DNA of 64,000 nt from Alphaproteobacteria bacterium (GCA_046153685.1 JBJXGH010000191.1:2750-66749), one strand, 5' to 3'; counted from the first letter of the stretch, positions 40,572 through 50,410 are shown. The notes: generated by a model not told the origin, from the letters alone. Numbers and translations are program-made.

Positions 40572-40952
40572 TCACAGAATGGGATAGGACCCTGTTTCGT
40601 CGTGGGCTTCGGTGCCCACCAGAGCGGGCACGAAGACGACGATGATGCGGATGCGCGTTCTGCAGGTGACGCGATGCCGGTCGGCTTTGTCGAGGGTGAA
40701 CATCATGCCCGGACGAATCTCGTGGCTGCGGCCCGAATCGAGATCCTCGAGCGTGCCCGTGCCCTCGACGATGTAATTGGTTTCGATGTGGTTCTTGTAT
40801 TGCAATGTCGCGACGCGGCCCGGCTCCATGGTGAAATCGACCATGGAAAACCCGACGCCGTCGCCACGCACCAAAAGGCGGTAGCTTTCGCCCGCGGCGA
40901 GCGCGCGATGATGCGGCCCGCCCTTCAAATCCTCGCGATGCTTCACGATCAT
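40572..40952 (-). CDS. EctC-like cupin (ectoine-synthase family), copy B
   Basis: Start at Met44 of the track ORF, giving 126 aa: MIVKHREDL...QYKNHIETNYIVEGTGTLED...FTLDKADRH...GTEAHDETGSYPIL. 77 of 126 positions are identical to copy A (hand count, gap-free). Confidence 0.8.
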   Translation of the reverse strand: MIVKHREDLKGGPHHRALAAGESYRLLVRGDGVGFSMVDFTMEPGRVATLQYKNHIETNYIVEGTGTLEDLDSGRSHEIRPGMMFTLDKADRHRVTCRTRIRIIVVFVPALVGTEAHDETGSYPIL

Positions 40953-41044
40953 GGCATCGTCCACCCCGGCTTCCGACTCCATTTCGGAGCCGACGAACTT
41001 TAGGCACGGCGGCGCGCGAAAGCGAATCACGCGGTCTTGCTCGG

Positions 41045-41965
41045 TCACCCGGCAGCGGGCACCCTCTTGTGTCCGCTCCAAATCTGCATGGCGAAAATTG
41101 CCCCGACGATGAGCGCGCCGCCCACGGCCTGGAGCGGCGTCAGCACCTCACCCAGCAAAAAATAAGACAGGACGACGACGAACACCGGCTCGGCCGAAAG
41201 CGCCAGGGCTATGCGCGTCGGCCCCGCCATGGACAAGGCGCTGAACATGGAAAATAGCGCGGTGCCGTTGAGCGCGGCGATGGCAAACAAGCAGATCATG
41301 CCCCGATCGGTTGCCGGCAGGACGAAGCTGTCGGTCGCAAGAAAGGCGATCATGCCCACGAGCGCCCCGCAGGGCTGCATGTGCAGCATGATGCGCAAGC
41401 TGTCGATATTGCCGAGCGTTCGATTGGTGGCGACGATCAGGATGGAGAGGCCCACGGCGCTCAAGCCCGCAAGCGCAACCCCACGCGCGTCCAAGTCCAA
41501 CAGCGAGACCTGGAGCACGAGAGACAGCCCCGCGAACGCCGCCGCGATCGAAGCGAGCTTCACCGGCGTCAACGGCTCGCCCACCACGATACGCATCAAG
41601 AGCGCAACCAGAAGCGGATAGACATATTCGATGAGGACGGCGAGGCTAACGGGCACGAACAGGAACGACGCGTAAATCGAAAGCGTCTGGAAGCACATGA
41701 GGACGCCAAGCGCGCAAGCGATCGCGCGCTGGCGCGGCCTCAGCCGGATGGGCTTGGACGCAAGCAGCGCATAGGTCAGCAGAACCACGAACACGGCCGA
41801 CAGCCGCACGCCGATGATCGCCTGAGGCGAGCCGCCCGCGGCATAGACCTCGCGCGCCAAGATCACGCTCATGCCAAAGCACAGCGCGCTGCCGATGCCC
41901 ACGGCGAGGCCAAGCCAGGCGCGCCGGCCGATGGCCGTGGCGTCGTGCGATTGCGGACCGGTCAT
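41045..41965 (-). CDS. EamA/DMT family transporter
   Basis: Polytopic. ATG at Met10 (41965) is preferred over the TTG at 41992. Confidence 0.75.
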   Translation of the reverse strand: MTGPQSHDATAIGRRAWLGLAVGIGSALCFGMSVILAREVYAAGGSPQAIIGVRLSAVFVVLLTYALLASKPIRLRPRQRAIACALGVLMCFQTLSIYASFLFVPVSLAVLIEYVYPLLVALLMRIVVGEPLTPVKLASIAAAFAGLSLVLQVSLLDLDARGVALAGLSAVGLSILIVATNRTLGNIDSLRIMLHMQPCGALVGMIAFLATDSFVLPATDRGMICLFAIAALNGTALFSMFSALSMAGPTRIALALSAEPVFVVVLSYFLLGEVLTPLQAVGGALIVGAIFAMQIWSGHKRVPAAG

Positions 41966-42165
41966 TCTGCCCCCCTGACCGAGCTTATCCAAGGCGCGCC
42001 TGCGAACCTAGCGCGGCGGACACGGCGCGGCCTTTGGTTGATCGCCGCAGTTGCATAGTGTCCGCTGGCATGGCAGTGGCGCGCGAACGGGGTTCCGTTG
42101 GAGCCGGGCGAGGCCTAAAGTGTCCAACGGCCATGGAAGCTCGCAGCAATCAAGGGAGCGCCGCG

Positions 42166-43122
42166 ATGGCGAAGTTGATGTTTGAAACCGTGACCATCGT
42201 TGGAACCGGGGTAATCGGCCGGAGCTGGATCCGGGTCTTTGCGCGCGCCGGATGCAAGGTTCGTGTCTTCGACCAAGACCCGGCGCAAGCCAAGCGCGCG
42301 GTCGATTGGCTGGCCGCCGATACGGCGCTCGATGTCAGGGAAGGCTTCATCGACGAGCAAACCCGCGCCGACACGCTCGCCTCAGTGACCCTGCACGCCG
42401 ATCTGGCCGAGGCATTCCGTGGCGCGGGCTTTGCGCAGGAAAGCGGACCTGAGAATCTTGCGGCCAAGCGCGCGATCTATGCCGCCATGGACAAGGCGGC
42501 GGCGCCCGATGTCATCCTATCGAGCTCGACTTCGGCGCTCGACATCGACGCCATCGCCGGCGATCTGCCGGGTGCCGCGCGCTGCATCATGGCGCATCCG
42601 TGCAATCCGCCCCATATCGTGCCGGTGGTCGAGATTCTGGGCACGAAAAAAACCCCCGCCTCGGTGCGCCAGGCAACTTGCGATTTCATGACCGAACTTG
42701 GGCAGAAGCCCGTTGTGCTCAATTTTTTCGTCACCGGATTTCTGCTCAACCGCATCCAGGCCGCCGTGGTGCGCGAGGCCTTTCTGCTGGTCGAAAGCGG
42801 CGTGGCCAATGCCGAAGACATCGATTCGACGATCAAGGACGGCCTTGCCTTGCGTTGGGCGTTCATCGGCTGCTTCGGCGCCAATCATTTGAATTCCGAC
42901 GGAGGCATCAAGACGTATTTCGAGCGCTATGCACAGACCTATCGCGATATGATCGCGGACTTGAAAAACGATGCCCCGGCCTTCGCACCCGAAACCATGG
43001 CGCAGATTGAACGCGAATGCGGCTTCAAGCCCGGCGCCGAAAACATCCGCGCCTTCGGCCAATGGCGCGACCGGATGATCCTCCGCCTCAAGGCGATCAA
43101 GGCCAAACACACGCGCCCATAA
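42166..43122 (+). CDS. 3-hydroxyacyl-CoA dehydrogenase family protein (L-carnitine-dehydrogenase-like)
   Basis: Start at Met45 after AAGGGAG. VTIVGTGVIGRSW Rossmann motif, SSSTSAL, HPCNPPHIVPVVEI and a C-terminal dimerisation-type domain. Confidence 0.75.
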   Translation: MAKLMFETVTIVGTGVIGRSWIRVFARAGCKVRVFDQDPAQAKRAVDWLAADTALDVREGFIDEQTRADTLASVTLHADLAEAFRGAGFAQESGPENLAAKRAIYAAMDKAAAPDVILSSSTSALDIDAIAGDLPGAARCIMAHPCNPPHIVPVVEILGTKKTPASVRQATCDFMTELGQKPVVLNFFVTGFLLNRIQAAVVREAFLLVESGVANAEDIDSTIKDGLALRWAFIGCFGANHLNSDGGIKTYFERYAQTYRDMIADLKNDAPAFAPETMAQIERECGFKPGAENIRAFGQWRDRMILRLKAIKAKHTRP

Positions 43123-43149
43123 GAGCGATTTTCCAATTCGGAGAGTTTC

Positions 43150-43938
43150 ATGAGCGACATCGTCAAACTAAGCCGGTCGAACGGCGTATTCGAAATCGTC
43201 TTCGACCGGCCTCCGGTAAACGCGATCGATGCGCCGACCAGTCGGCGCCTGGGTCAGGTGTTCGACGAATACCGGCGCGACGACGATCTCAAATGCGCGA
43301 TCGTTACGGCGCCGGGCGACCGCATCTTCTCGGCCGGCTGGGACTTGAAGGCAGCCGCGCTGCAAGGCGAGAACGAGGACGCGGAATGGGGCGTGGGTGG
43401 TTTTGCCGGCATTACGCAAATGTTCGACTTGTACAAGCCGGTGATCGCGGCGGTTAACGGCCGCGCGATCGGCGGTGGCTTCGAAATCGCGCTCGGCTGC
43501 GACATCATCATCGCGGCCGAGACCGCGGATTTTTCTCTCCCCGAGGCCGCGCGCGGCGTGACGGCGGATGCGGGCGGGCTTCAGGTCCTGCCCCGGCGCG
43601 TACCCATGAACATCGCGATGGAATTGCTGCTGACCGGGCGGCGCATGTCAGCCGCGGAAGCGCACAAATGGGGTCTGGTCAATCAGGTCGTGCCTCTGGC
43701 GAAGCTTATGGACACCGCACGGGAATTGGCGCGCCAGATCGCCGAGGGCGCGCCGCTGTCCATCCAGGCAACCAAAGAGGTCATTCGCGGCATCGAGGGC
43801 ATGCCGCTGCGCGAGACCTACCGAATGATCAAGGAACGCAGATTTCCGGTTCACGCCAAGATGCTGACCTCGGAGGACCACTTGGAAGGCCCGCGCGCCT
43901 TCGCCGAGAAGCGCAAGCCGGCCTGGAAGGGCCGCTGA
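43150..43938 (+). CDS. enoyl-CoA hydratase/isomerase (crotonase; CaiD-like)
   Basis: 262 aa with NRPPVNAID-like motif, FSAGWDLKAA, GGGFEIALGCD and EGPRAFAEKR. Confidence 0.85.
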   Translation: MSDIVKLSRSNGVFEIVFDRPPVNAIDAPTSRRLGQVFDEYRRDDDLKCAIVTAPGDRIFSAGWDLKAAALQGENEDAEWGVGGFAGITQMFDLYKPVIAAVNGRAIGGGFEIALGCDIIIAAETADFSLPEAARGVTADAGGLQVLPRRVPMNIAMELLLTGRRMSAAEAHKWGLVNQVVPLAKLMDTARELARQIAEGAPLSIQATKEVIRGIEGMPLRETYRMIKERRFPVHAKMLTSEDHLEGPRAFAEKRKPAWKGR

Positions 43939-43946
43939 GCGATTCG

Positions 43947-45530
43947 ATGGAATCCGCGCGGCTACTTGTCGATCTGCTCGGCAAGGACCGGGCGAGCGTC
44001 ACCGAGCTGTTGGAGGCACGGTGCCGCACGACGCCCGATGCGCCGTTCCTGCGCCACCAATCGGGGCGCTGGACCTATGGCGGGGCTTGGGAGGAGATGC
44101 GCCGCTTCGCGGGGTTTTTGTCCGCTCGTGCCGAGCCGCGTCCGCGCGTGGCGACGTATCTGTCGAAGCGCCCCGAGGCGCTTTGGGCGTGGTTCGGCAC
44201 CACGCTCGCGGGCGGTATTCACGTGGCGCTCAATCGCGCGCACAAGGGCGAACTGCTCGCCGACATGGCCCGGCGCACGAAGGCGAAATTGCTGGTGACC
44301 GAGGAATCGGCCTGGGCAACCCTGCCCGATCCCGCGCGCTGCGGCTTTTCCCGCGTTTTGTTCGTCGATGCCGCGCCCCGGAGCGCGCGCGTCCAAGGAG
44401 TCGAATTCCTCGATTGGGACGCGGTCCGCCGCGCGCCGCAAGGCGAGATCGTGCCGTCCACGCCCAACGACACGGCGTGCCTGCTGTATACCTCGGGCAC
44501 GACGGGGCGCTCGAAGGCGGTGCTGGTGCCGCACAACATGTACGCACGCGGCGCCGCCAATGTCGCGGCGGCCTTCGAATTCGGCCCCGAGGACGTGATC
44601 CACGATTGGGCGCCGCTATCGCATATCGGCGGGCAGATGCACATGACGCTCGCGGCCGTTTCTTCGGGAGCGTGTCTTGCGCAGTACGATACCTTTTCGC
44701 GCACGCGCTTTTGGGATCAGATCGCGGAAAGCCGCGCAACCGCGTTCTTCGGCTTCTCGAACATCCTGTCGCTGCTGATGATGGCGCCGGAAAGTCCGGC
44801 CGATCGCCGGCACACACTCCGCGTCGGTCTTGTCGCGCACATGCAGGAGAAGGCGCAACTTGCCTTCGAGTCGCGGTTCGGCGTGAAGCTTTGGGACACC
44901 TACGGCATGAGCGAGGGCGAGCCCATGACCTTGCCCGCGCAAGGCGTGCCGCCGGGTTGTTCGGGCGCGCCCGGACCCGATTTCGAACTCGCCATCGCGG
45001 ACGAGAATGACAATCTTTTGCCCACGGGCGAGGTCGGGCGGATCGTCATGCGCCCAAGGGCCGCCGATGTGATGATGAAGGCCTACGAGGACGACGATGC
45101 GGCGACGCTCGATGCCTGGCGCAATCTGTGGTTCCACACCCAGGATTTGGGCCGCCTCGATGAGCATGGATTTCTTTGGTATGTCGATCGCCTGAAACAT
45201 TCGATTCGCCGCGCGGGCGAGAACATCTCGTCCGCCGAGGTCGAGCGCGCGCTGAAGGCGCACCCCGATGTGCACGACTGCGCGGTCGTGGGCGTGCCCG
45301 ATCCCTTGACGGTGGAAGCGGTGAAGGCGGTGGTCGTGCCGCGCGCGGGCGCAATTCTCGATGCGCCGTCCCTCCACGCCTATGCGGTACGCGAAATGGC
45401 GCGCTTCATGGTGCCGCGCTATATCGAGATTCGCGCGGTTCTGCCCTATACCGATGTCGGCAAGGTCAAGCGCGACGAGTTGCATGCGGCCGGCCCCTTC
45501 ATCTGGGACGCCGAGGAAGCCGGGCGATGA
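43947..45530 (+). CDS. AMP-dependent CoA ligase (CaiC-like)
   Basis: Start at Met94 of the track ORF. LLYTSGTTGRSKAV, YGMSEG and WFHTQDLGRLDEHGFLWYVDRLK. Confidence 0.85.
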   Translation: MESARLLVDLLGKDRASVTELLEARCRTTPDAPFLRHQSGRWTYGGAWEEMRRFAGFLSARAEPRPRVATYLSKRPEALWAWFGTTLAGGIHVALNRAHKGELLADMARRTKAKLLVTEESAWATLPDPARCGFSRVLFVDAAPRSARVQGVEFLDWDAVRRAPQGEIVPSTPNDTACLLYTSGTTGRSKAVLVPHNMYARGAANVAAAFEFGPEDVIHDWAPLSHIGGQMHMTLAAVSSGACLAQYDTFSRTRFWDQIAESRATAFFGFSNILSLLMMAPESPADRRHTLRVGLVAHMQEKAQLAFESRFGVKLWDTYGMSEGEPMTLPAQGVPPGCSGAPGPDFELAIADENDNLLPTGEVGRIVMRPRAADVMMKAYEDDDAATLDAWRNLWFHTQDLGRLDEHGFLWYVDRLKHSIRRAGENISSAEVERALKAHPDVHDCAVVGVPDPLTVEAVKAVVVPRAGAILDAPSLHAYAVREMARFMVPRYIEIRAVLPYTDVGKVKRDELHAAGPFIWDAEEAGR

Positions 45531-47296
45531 CCGTCTATAAGGCGCCGCTGGCCGATCTCGCCTTCGTGCTGCACGACTTGCTCGGCGCCGAAGACGTGCT
45601 CGGCGCGCTGCCCGGCTGGCGGGACATCGATCGGCCGACGATCGAACGCATTCTCGGCGCGGCGGCGCGCCTCGCCGAGGATGAATTGTTTCCGCTCAAT
45701 CAATCAGGCGACCGCGAGGGCTGCGTTTTCGAGAACGGCGAAGTCCGCACGCCAACGGGCTTTCGGGCCGCGTTCGCGCGCTTCGCCGCCGGCGGCTGGT
45801 GTGGTTTGACCGCCGAGGAAAAATGGGGCGGTCAAGCCCTGCCCCGAATCATCGATACCGCCGTGCTCGAAATCTGGGGCTCGGCCAATCTGTCGTTCAG
45901 CGATTACGCCCTCGTCATTCCCGCGGCGGTCGAGACCATCGACCGCCACGCCGAGGAAAGCCTCAAGGAACGTTACCTTCCCGCCCTGGTCGCGGGAAAA
46001 TGGGCGGCCACGATGTGCATGAGCGAGCCCCATTGCGGCACCGATCTCGGCCTGCTCAAGACACGCGCCGAGCCGCAAGACGATGGCGGGTATCGCCTGA
46101 CGGGCACCAAATGCTTCATCTCGGGTGGCGAGCACGATCTGGCGTCGAATATCGTGCACCTGGTGCTCGCGCGCCTACCCGACGCGCCTGCGGGCGTGCG
46201 CGGCATCTCCTTGTTCCTGGCGCCGAAATACCTAGCTGACGCGAAGGGCGGCCCGGGCGCGCGCAACCGAGTGCGCGCCATCGGCATCGAGCACAAAATG
46301 GGCTATGCCGCCTCCGCCACCTGCACGATGGCCTTCGAAGGCGCGCAAGCCTGGCTGGTCGGCCCGCCTCATCGGGGATTGAACTGCCTGTTCACCATGG
46401 TGAATGCCGCGCGCCTCGCGGTCGGCATGCAGGGCTTGTCCTTGGCCGAGACCGCCTATCAGTCGGCCGCGCACTACGCGCGCGAACGCTTGCAAAGCCG
46501 CGCGCCGGCGGGTGCGCGCTTTCCCGACCGGCCCGCCGATCCTCTGATCGTGCAACCCGATGTGCGGCGCATGTTGCTGAATGCGCGCGCCTTCATCGAG
46601 GCGGCGCGGGCGCTGGCGCTGTGGACGGCGCTCCAGCTCGACATCGCGGCGCGCCACCAAGACGCGGCCACGCGCGAGCGCGCGTCCGACCTCGCCGCCT
46701 TTCTCACGCCCGCGATCAAGGCCGGGTTCAGCGATTGGGGCTTTGCCGCGTGCGACGACGCCATGCAGATTTGGGGCGGCCACGGCTATATTCGCGCGAA
46801 CGGCATGGAACAACTGGTGCGCGACGTACGCCTTTCGCGCATCCAGGAGGGAGCCAACGCGATTCAAGCGCTCGATCTGTTCGGCCGCAAGATGGCGCAG
46901 AACGGCGGCCGCGCCTTCCGGAGCCTGGTTGAGGAAATCGAGAAGTTTCTCGACGGCCCGGGCCGCGCGCCGGACATGGCGGAATTTTCCGTGCCGCTCG
47001 CCGCAGCGCTCGCGCGCACGGTCGAACTCGTCGCATGGCTCGGCAAGCAAGGCGACCGGAACGAACTCGCGGCCTCCGGCGTCGATGCCATGCGCGTGTT
47101 CGTCCTGATGCTGTTCGCCTGGACCTGGGCGCGCATCGCCCATGCCTGCCAGGGCCGCACCGATGCCATGGCCGAGGGCAAGCGCGCCGTCGCTCGCCAT
47201 TTCTTCGCGCGCCTTTTGCCCCTTCAGCCCGGCCACGCAGCCATCGCCATGGCAGGAGCCGCAAGTCTCATGGCGCTTGCCGACGACCAGGTCTAG
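45527..47296 (+). CDS. long-form acyl-CoA dehydrogenase (about 590 aa)
   Basis: ATG 45527 overlaps the upstream stop (ATGA). MCMSEPHCGTDLG, FISGGEHD and QIWGGHGYIRANGMEQLVRDVR. Confidence 0.85.
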   Translation: MTVYKAPLADLAFVLHDLLGAEDVLGALPGWRDIDRPTIERILGAAARLAEDELFPLNQSGDREGCVFENGEVRTPTGFRAAFARFAAGGWCGLTAEEKWGGQALPRIIDTAVLEIWGSANLSFSDYALVIPAAVETIDRHAEESLKERYLPALVAGKWAATMCMSEPHCGTDLGLLKTRAEPQDDGGYRLTGTKCFISGGEHDLASNIVHLVLARLPDAPAGVRGISLFLAPKYLADAKGGPGARNRVRAIGIEHKMGYAASATCTMAFEGAQAWLVGPPHRGLNCLFTMVNAARLAVGMQGLSLAETAYQSAAHYARERLQSRAPAGARFPDRPADPLIVQPDVRRMLLNARAFIEAARALALWTALQLDIAARHQDAATRERASDLAAFLTPAIKAGFSDWGFAACDDAMQIWGGHGYIRANGMEQLVRDVRLSRIQEGANAIQALDLFGRKMAQNGGRAFRSLVEEIEKFLDGPGRAPDMAEFSVPLAAALARTVELVAWLGKQGDRNELAASGVDAMRVFVLMLFAWTWARIAHACQGRTDAMAEGKRAVARHFFARLLPLQPGHAAIAMAGAASLMALADDQV

Positions 47297-47491
47297 GGCG
47301 GGCGATCACAAGACCGTGAGGACGCAGCCGTTCCAAATCCGCCATCTTTCAAGTGGTTGATGGCGCGAGGCTTTGCCGTCCGGCCCTGTTGGCCGGCGGC
47401 GTCCTGGCCTATGATGGAGATCTAGCCGCGCGCGCGCCGCAACACCAAGTTCTTTACCGACAAGATCGCGCGTCGGACGAGGAGACCCGCC

Positions 47492-48160
47492 ATGTGGAAC
47501 CTGGATAGCTTTCGGAAAAAGACGCAGCTGCCCACGCGCGCCGAGGCCTTGCCCGGGCGCGCCGAAGCCGTCCGCGTTCCCGAGGCGCATTTCGTCAACG
47601 GCCGGCGCATCACCCCACCTTTTCCCATGGGCCTTGAGCGCGCCATGTTCGGCATGGGCTGTTTCTGGGGGGCGGAACGGAAATTCTGGCAGCTGAAGGG
47701 CGTTTACGCGACGGTGGTCGGGTACGCAGGCGGCTTCACGCCCAACGCGACTTACGAGGAGGTCTGCTCGGGCCGCACGGGACACAATGAAGTCGTGCTC
47801 GTGATCTACGATCCCAAGCTCGTCTCGTACGACGAATTGCTGAAATCATTCTGGGAAGGCCACGATCCGACCCAGGGCATGGCACAGGGCAATGATGTCG
47901 GCACGCAATACCGCTCGGGCATCTACACCTATTCTCCGGAACAGAAGATCCAGGCCGAGGCGAGCCGGGCCGTATTCCAGTCGGGCCTGACCCGGGCGGG
48001 TTACGGCGCGATTACCACCGAGATCGTCGAGGCACCTGCGTTCTATTACGCCGAGGAATATCACCAGCAATATCTCGCCAAGAATCCGGGCGGCTATTGC
48101 GGCCTCGGCGGCACGGGGGTGAGTTGCCCCATCGGTATCGCCGCGCGCGCCGCCGAATAG
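47492..48160 (+). CDS. msrA: peptide-methionine (S)-S-oxide reductase
   Basis: [13 protein letters not shown]...GYAGG...[19 protein letters not shown]. Confidence 0.95.
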   Translation: MWNLDSFRKKTQLPTRAEALPGRAEAVRVPEAHFVNGRRITPPFPMGLERAMFGMGCFWGAERKFWQLKGVYATVVGYAGGFTPNATYEEVCSGRTGHNEVVLVIYDPKLVSYDELLKSFWEGHDPTQGMAQGNDVGTQYRSGIYTYSPEQKIQAEASRAVFQSGLTRAGYGAITTEIVEAPAFYYAEEYHQQYLAKNPGGYCGLGGTGVSCPIGIAARAAE

Positions 48161-48176
48161 AAAATCGGGCCGCCGG

Positions 48177-49721
48177 TCAGGCCGAAACCGCGTAGGGCGA
48201 GCGCCTGGGATCGGCCCCACCCATGAGCAAGCCGTCATCGTCGCGCACGATGGCGCAAACCCCACCCATGAGCCGTGACCACGGTCCCACGTCTCGAAGC
48301 GTAAATCCCGCTTCGGCAAGCGGGCGCAGCGCCGCGGCTTCGATGCGACTCTCGTGCATGACATCAAGCCCCTCGTCGTGGCGAATGCGCGGTGCCTCGA
48401 CCGCCTCCTGAACGTCGAGACCGTCATCGACCAGATGCACGACGACCTGGGCAAGGCTTTGGGGCTGGCCGTGATCGCCCGGCGTGGCGATGGCCGCGCG
48501 CACGCGGCCGCCTTGAAAAATCAAGGCCGGGCAAAGCGTATGCGGCGTGCGCTTGCCCGGAACCAGGCGCGCGGGGCCGGATTCGGCGAGCGTGCACATC
48601 GAGAGCCGGTTCTGCATCACGATGCCGGTCGCGGGCGAGGCCACGCCGGAGCCGAAATGATCGAACAGGCTTTGCACCCAGCTGACCGCGTTGCCCCAGC
48701 GATCGACGACGACCAGGGTCGAGGTGTCGCCGCCAACCGGGCGTGTAGCGCTCGCGGCTTCCGCCCCGCGCGCGAGTTCGTCGAGCGAAGCGGGCGAAAG
48801 CGCATCGGCCGGCAGAGGCGCGTGCGAAGGATCGCCCAGATGCCTGTCGCGCAGCGTGAAGGCGGCGAGTTTTGCGCGCATGAAGCGCACAAGCGGCGGC
48901 CCGTCGGGCAAGCGTGCGAGCGCGCCCAAAGTCGCGAGCAGGGCTATTCCCTGGGTATTGGGCGGCGAGGCATAAACCTCGACGCCGCGATAGGGCACGC
49001 AAAGGGGCGCCTGAATAAGCGTTTCGTGGCGCGACAGATCGTCGAGGGCTAGCAATCCGCCCGAAGCCTGCACATCGGCGGCAAGCGCGCGTCCGACCTC
49101 GCCGCCATAGAGCGCGCACGGCCCCTTGGCGACAAGAGTATCGAGCGTCACCGCCAAGGCGCTCAGGTCCAGGCATTCGCCGAGCTTGCGTCCGCCCGGA
49201 ATGCCGTAGAGCGCGACGAGTGCCCGGTTGCCGGCGACGCGTGCGGCATAAGCCTCGCCGTTGAGATAGTCGCGCAAAATGCGGTCAACGGGCAGCCCCG
49301 CCTTTGCGAGTTCGCGCGCGGGCGCGAGCGCGCGCGCGAACTCGATGGTACCGTAACGCTTGAGGCAATCGGCCCAGGCATGAACCGCGCCCGGGGTGGA
49401 AATCGACAACGGCCCGTGACCGGGAATCGCCGAAAGCCCCGCCTTGCGATAATGCGCAAGCTCGGCGGCGAGGGGCGCGGCGCCCGAGCCGTTGACCGCG
49501 ACCGTTTTGCGCGCGCGCGCGTCATGCCACAGGACGAAGCAATCGCCCCCGAGTCCATTCATGAACGGAATCGCCACCGCCAGGGTCGCGGCGGCGGCGA
49601 CGGCGGCATCCATCGCATTGCCGCCTTGACGCAGAACGGCCGCGCCGGCCTCGGAAGCCAAGTGATGGCCGGCGACGACCATGCCGCCCCGGGCCATCAC
49701 GATGGGGCGATGAACGAACAT
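48177..49721 (-). CDS. gamma-glutamyltransferase family protein (no obvious signal peptide)
   Basis: GGNAMDAAVA...MNGLGGDCF...GGDTSTLVVVDRWGNAVSWVQS (autoprocessing Thr context). Confidence 0.8.
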   Translation of the reverse strand: MFVHRPIVMARGGMVVAGHHLASEAGAAVLRQGGNAMDAAVAAAATLAVAIPFMNGLGGDCFVLWHDARARKTVAVNGSGAAPLAAELAHYRKAGLSAIPGHGPLSISTPGAVHAWADCLKRYGTIEFARALAPARELAKAGLPVDRILRDYLNGEAYAARVAGNRALVALYGIPGGRKLGECLDLSALAVTLDTLVAKGPCALYGGEVGRALAADVQASGGLLALDDLSRHETLIQAPLCVPYRGVEVYASPPNTQGIALLATLGALARLPDGPPLVRFMRAKLAAFTLRDRHLGDPSHAPLPADALSPASLDELARGAEAASATRPVGGDTSTLVVVDRWGNAVSWVQSLFDHFGSGVASPATGIVMQNRLSMCTLAESGPARLVPGKRTPHTLCPALIFQGGRVRAAIATPGDHGQPQSLAQVVVHLVDDGLDVQEAVEAPRIRHDEGLDVMHESRIEAAALRPLAEAGFTLRDVGPWSRLMGGVCAIVRDDDGLLMGGADPRRSPYAVSA

Positions 49722-49741
49722 CGATGCCTCGCGCCCGGGCG

Positions 49742-50275
49742 CTAGCGGCGACTCGCCCGCGCCTTGGACCGGGGCTTCTTCGCCTTGACCGCGGGCGGGC
49801 TCTTGCGGATCGACAGGGTGACGCCAGCCTTGTCGGCGACATCGAAATAGGTGAAGCCGCTGCCATTGTCGCGGCGGCCGCGCATATAGGGCTTAAGGCC
49901 CATGCGCACGGCCTGTTTCTCGCCCGCATCGACGTCATCGACCACGAAGCCGATATGAAACACGCCCTCGCCGCGCGTCTCGAGGAACTTACGCTGCGGC
50001 GTTCGGCCCGGCGGCGGGTAGCCGAGCTGGAATTGCACGGGCCCGAGCTGGCAATATTTGAACTTGAGCTTCTTGAAGCCGGGCACATCGGGCATCTTGA
50101 GCGAGGTGAACTGTCCGAGCGGCGGATAGTCCAGCCACGGCCCGATGCCGATCGAATTGTAGAATTTTTCCGCCCGCGCCATGTCTTTCACGACGATGCA
50201 GAGGTGATGCAAGGTGTGGAACGGCGTCTTCGGCGCGGCGCCCTTGGTCGCGGATTTTGCCTTGCTACGTGCCAC
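49742..50275 (-). CDS. VOC (glyoxalase/bleomycin-resistance/dioxygenase) family protein with a basic C-terminal tail
   Basis: LHHLCIVVKDMARAEKFY...GVFHIGFVVDDVD. GTG start at 50275 after GGGGAGA is preferred; the track ORF runs to 50392. Confidence 0.65.
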   Translation of the reverse strand: MARSKAKSATKGAAPKTPFHTLHHLCIVVKDMARAEKFYNSIGIGPWLDYPPLGQFTSLKMPDVPGFKKLKFKYCQLGPVQFQLGYPPPGRTPQRKFLETRGEGVFHIGFVVDDVDAGEKQAVRMGLKPYMRGRRDNGSGFTYFDVADKAGVTLSIRKSPPAVKAKKPRSKARASRR

Positions 50276-50410
50276 GTCATTCTCCCCTATGAATCTGGTC
50301 CCGTTTATACGCTTCCCGACGCCTTGCCCGGTCCCCCTTGGAAAATCGCAGTTCACCAGTCCCGGCCTCGCCGGCCGGGGCCGGATAGACAACCTAGGGA
50401 AAGCTCGCAG

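Noticed and set aside
40169-40952. An ectoine biosynthesis (ectABC) cluster
   Set aside because: Only EctC-like genes are present. No ectA, ectB, ectD or ask_ect is in the window, so calling this ectoine biosynthesis would be over-annotation.
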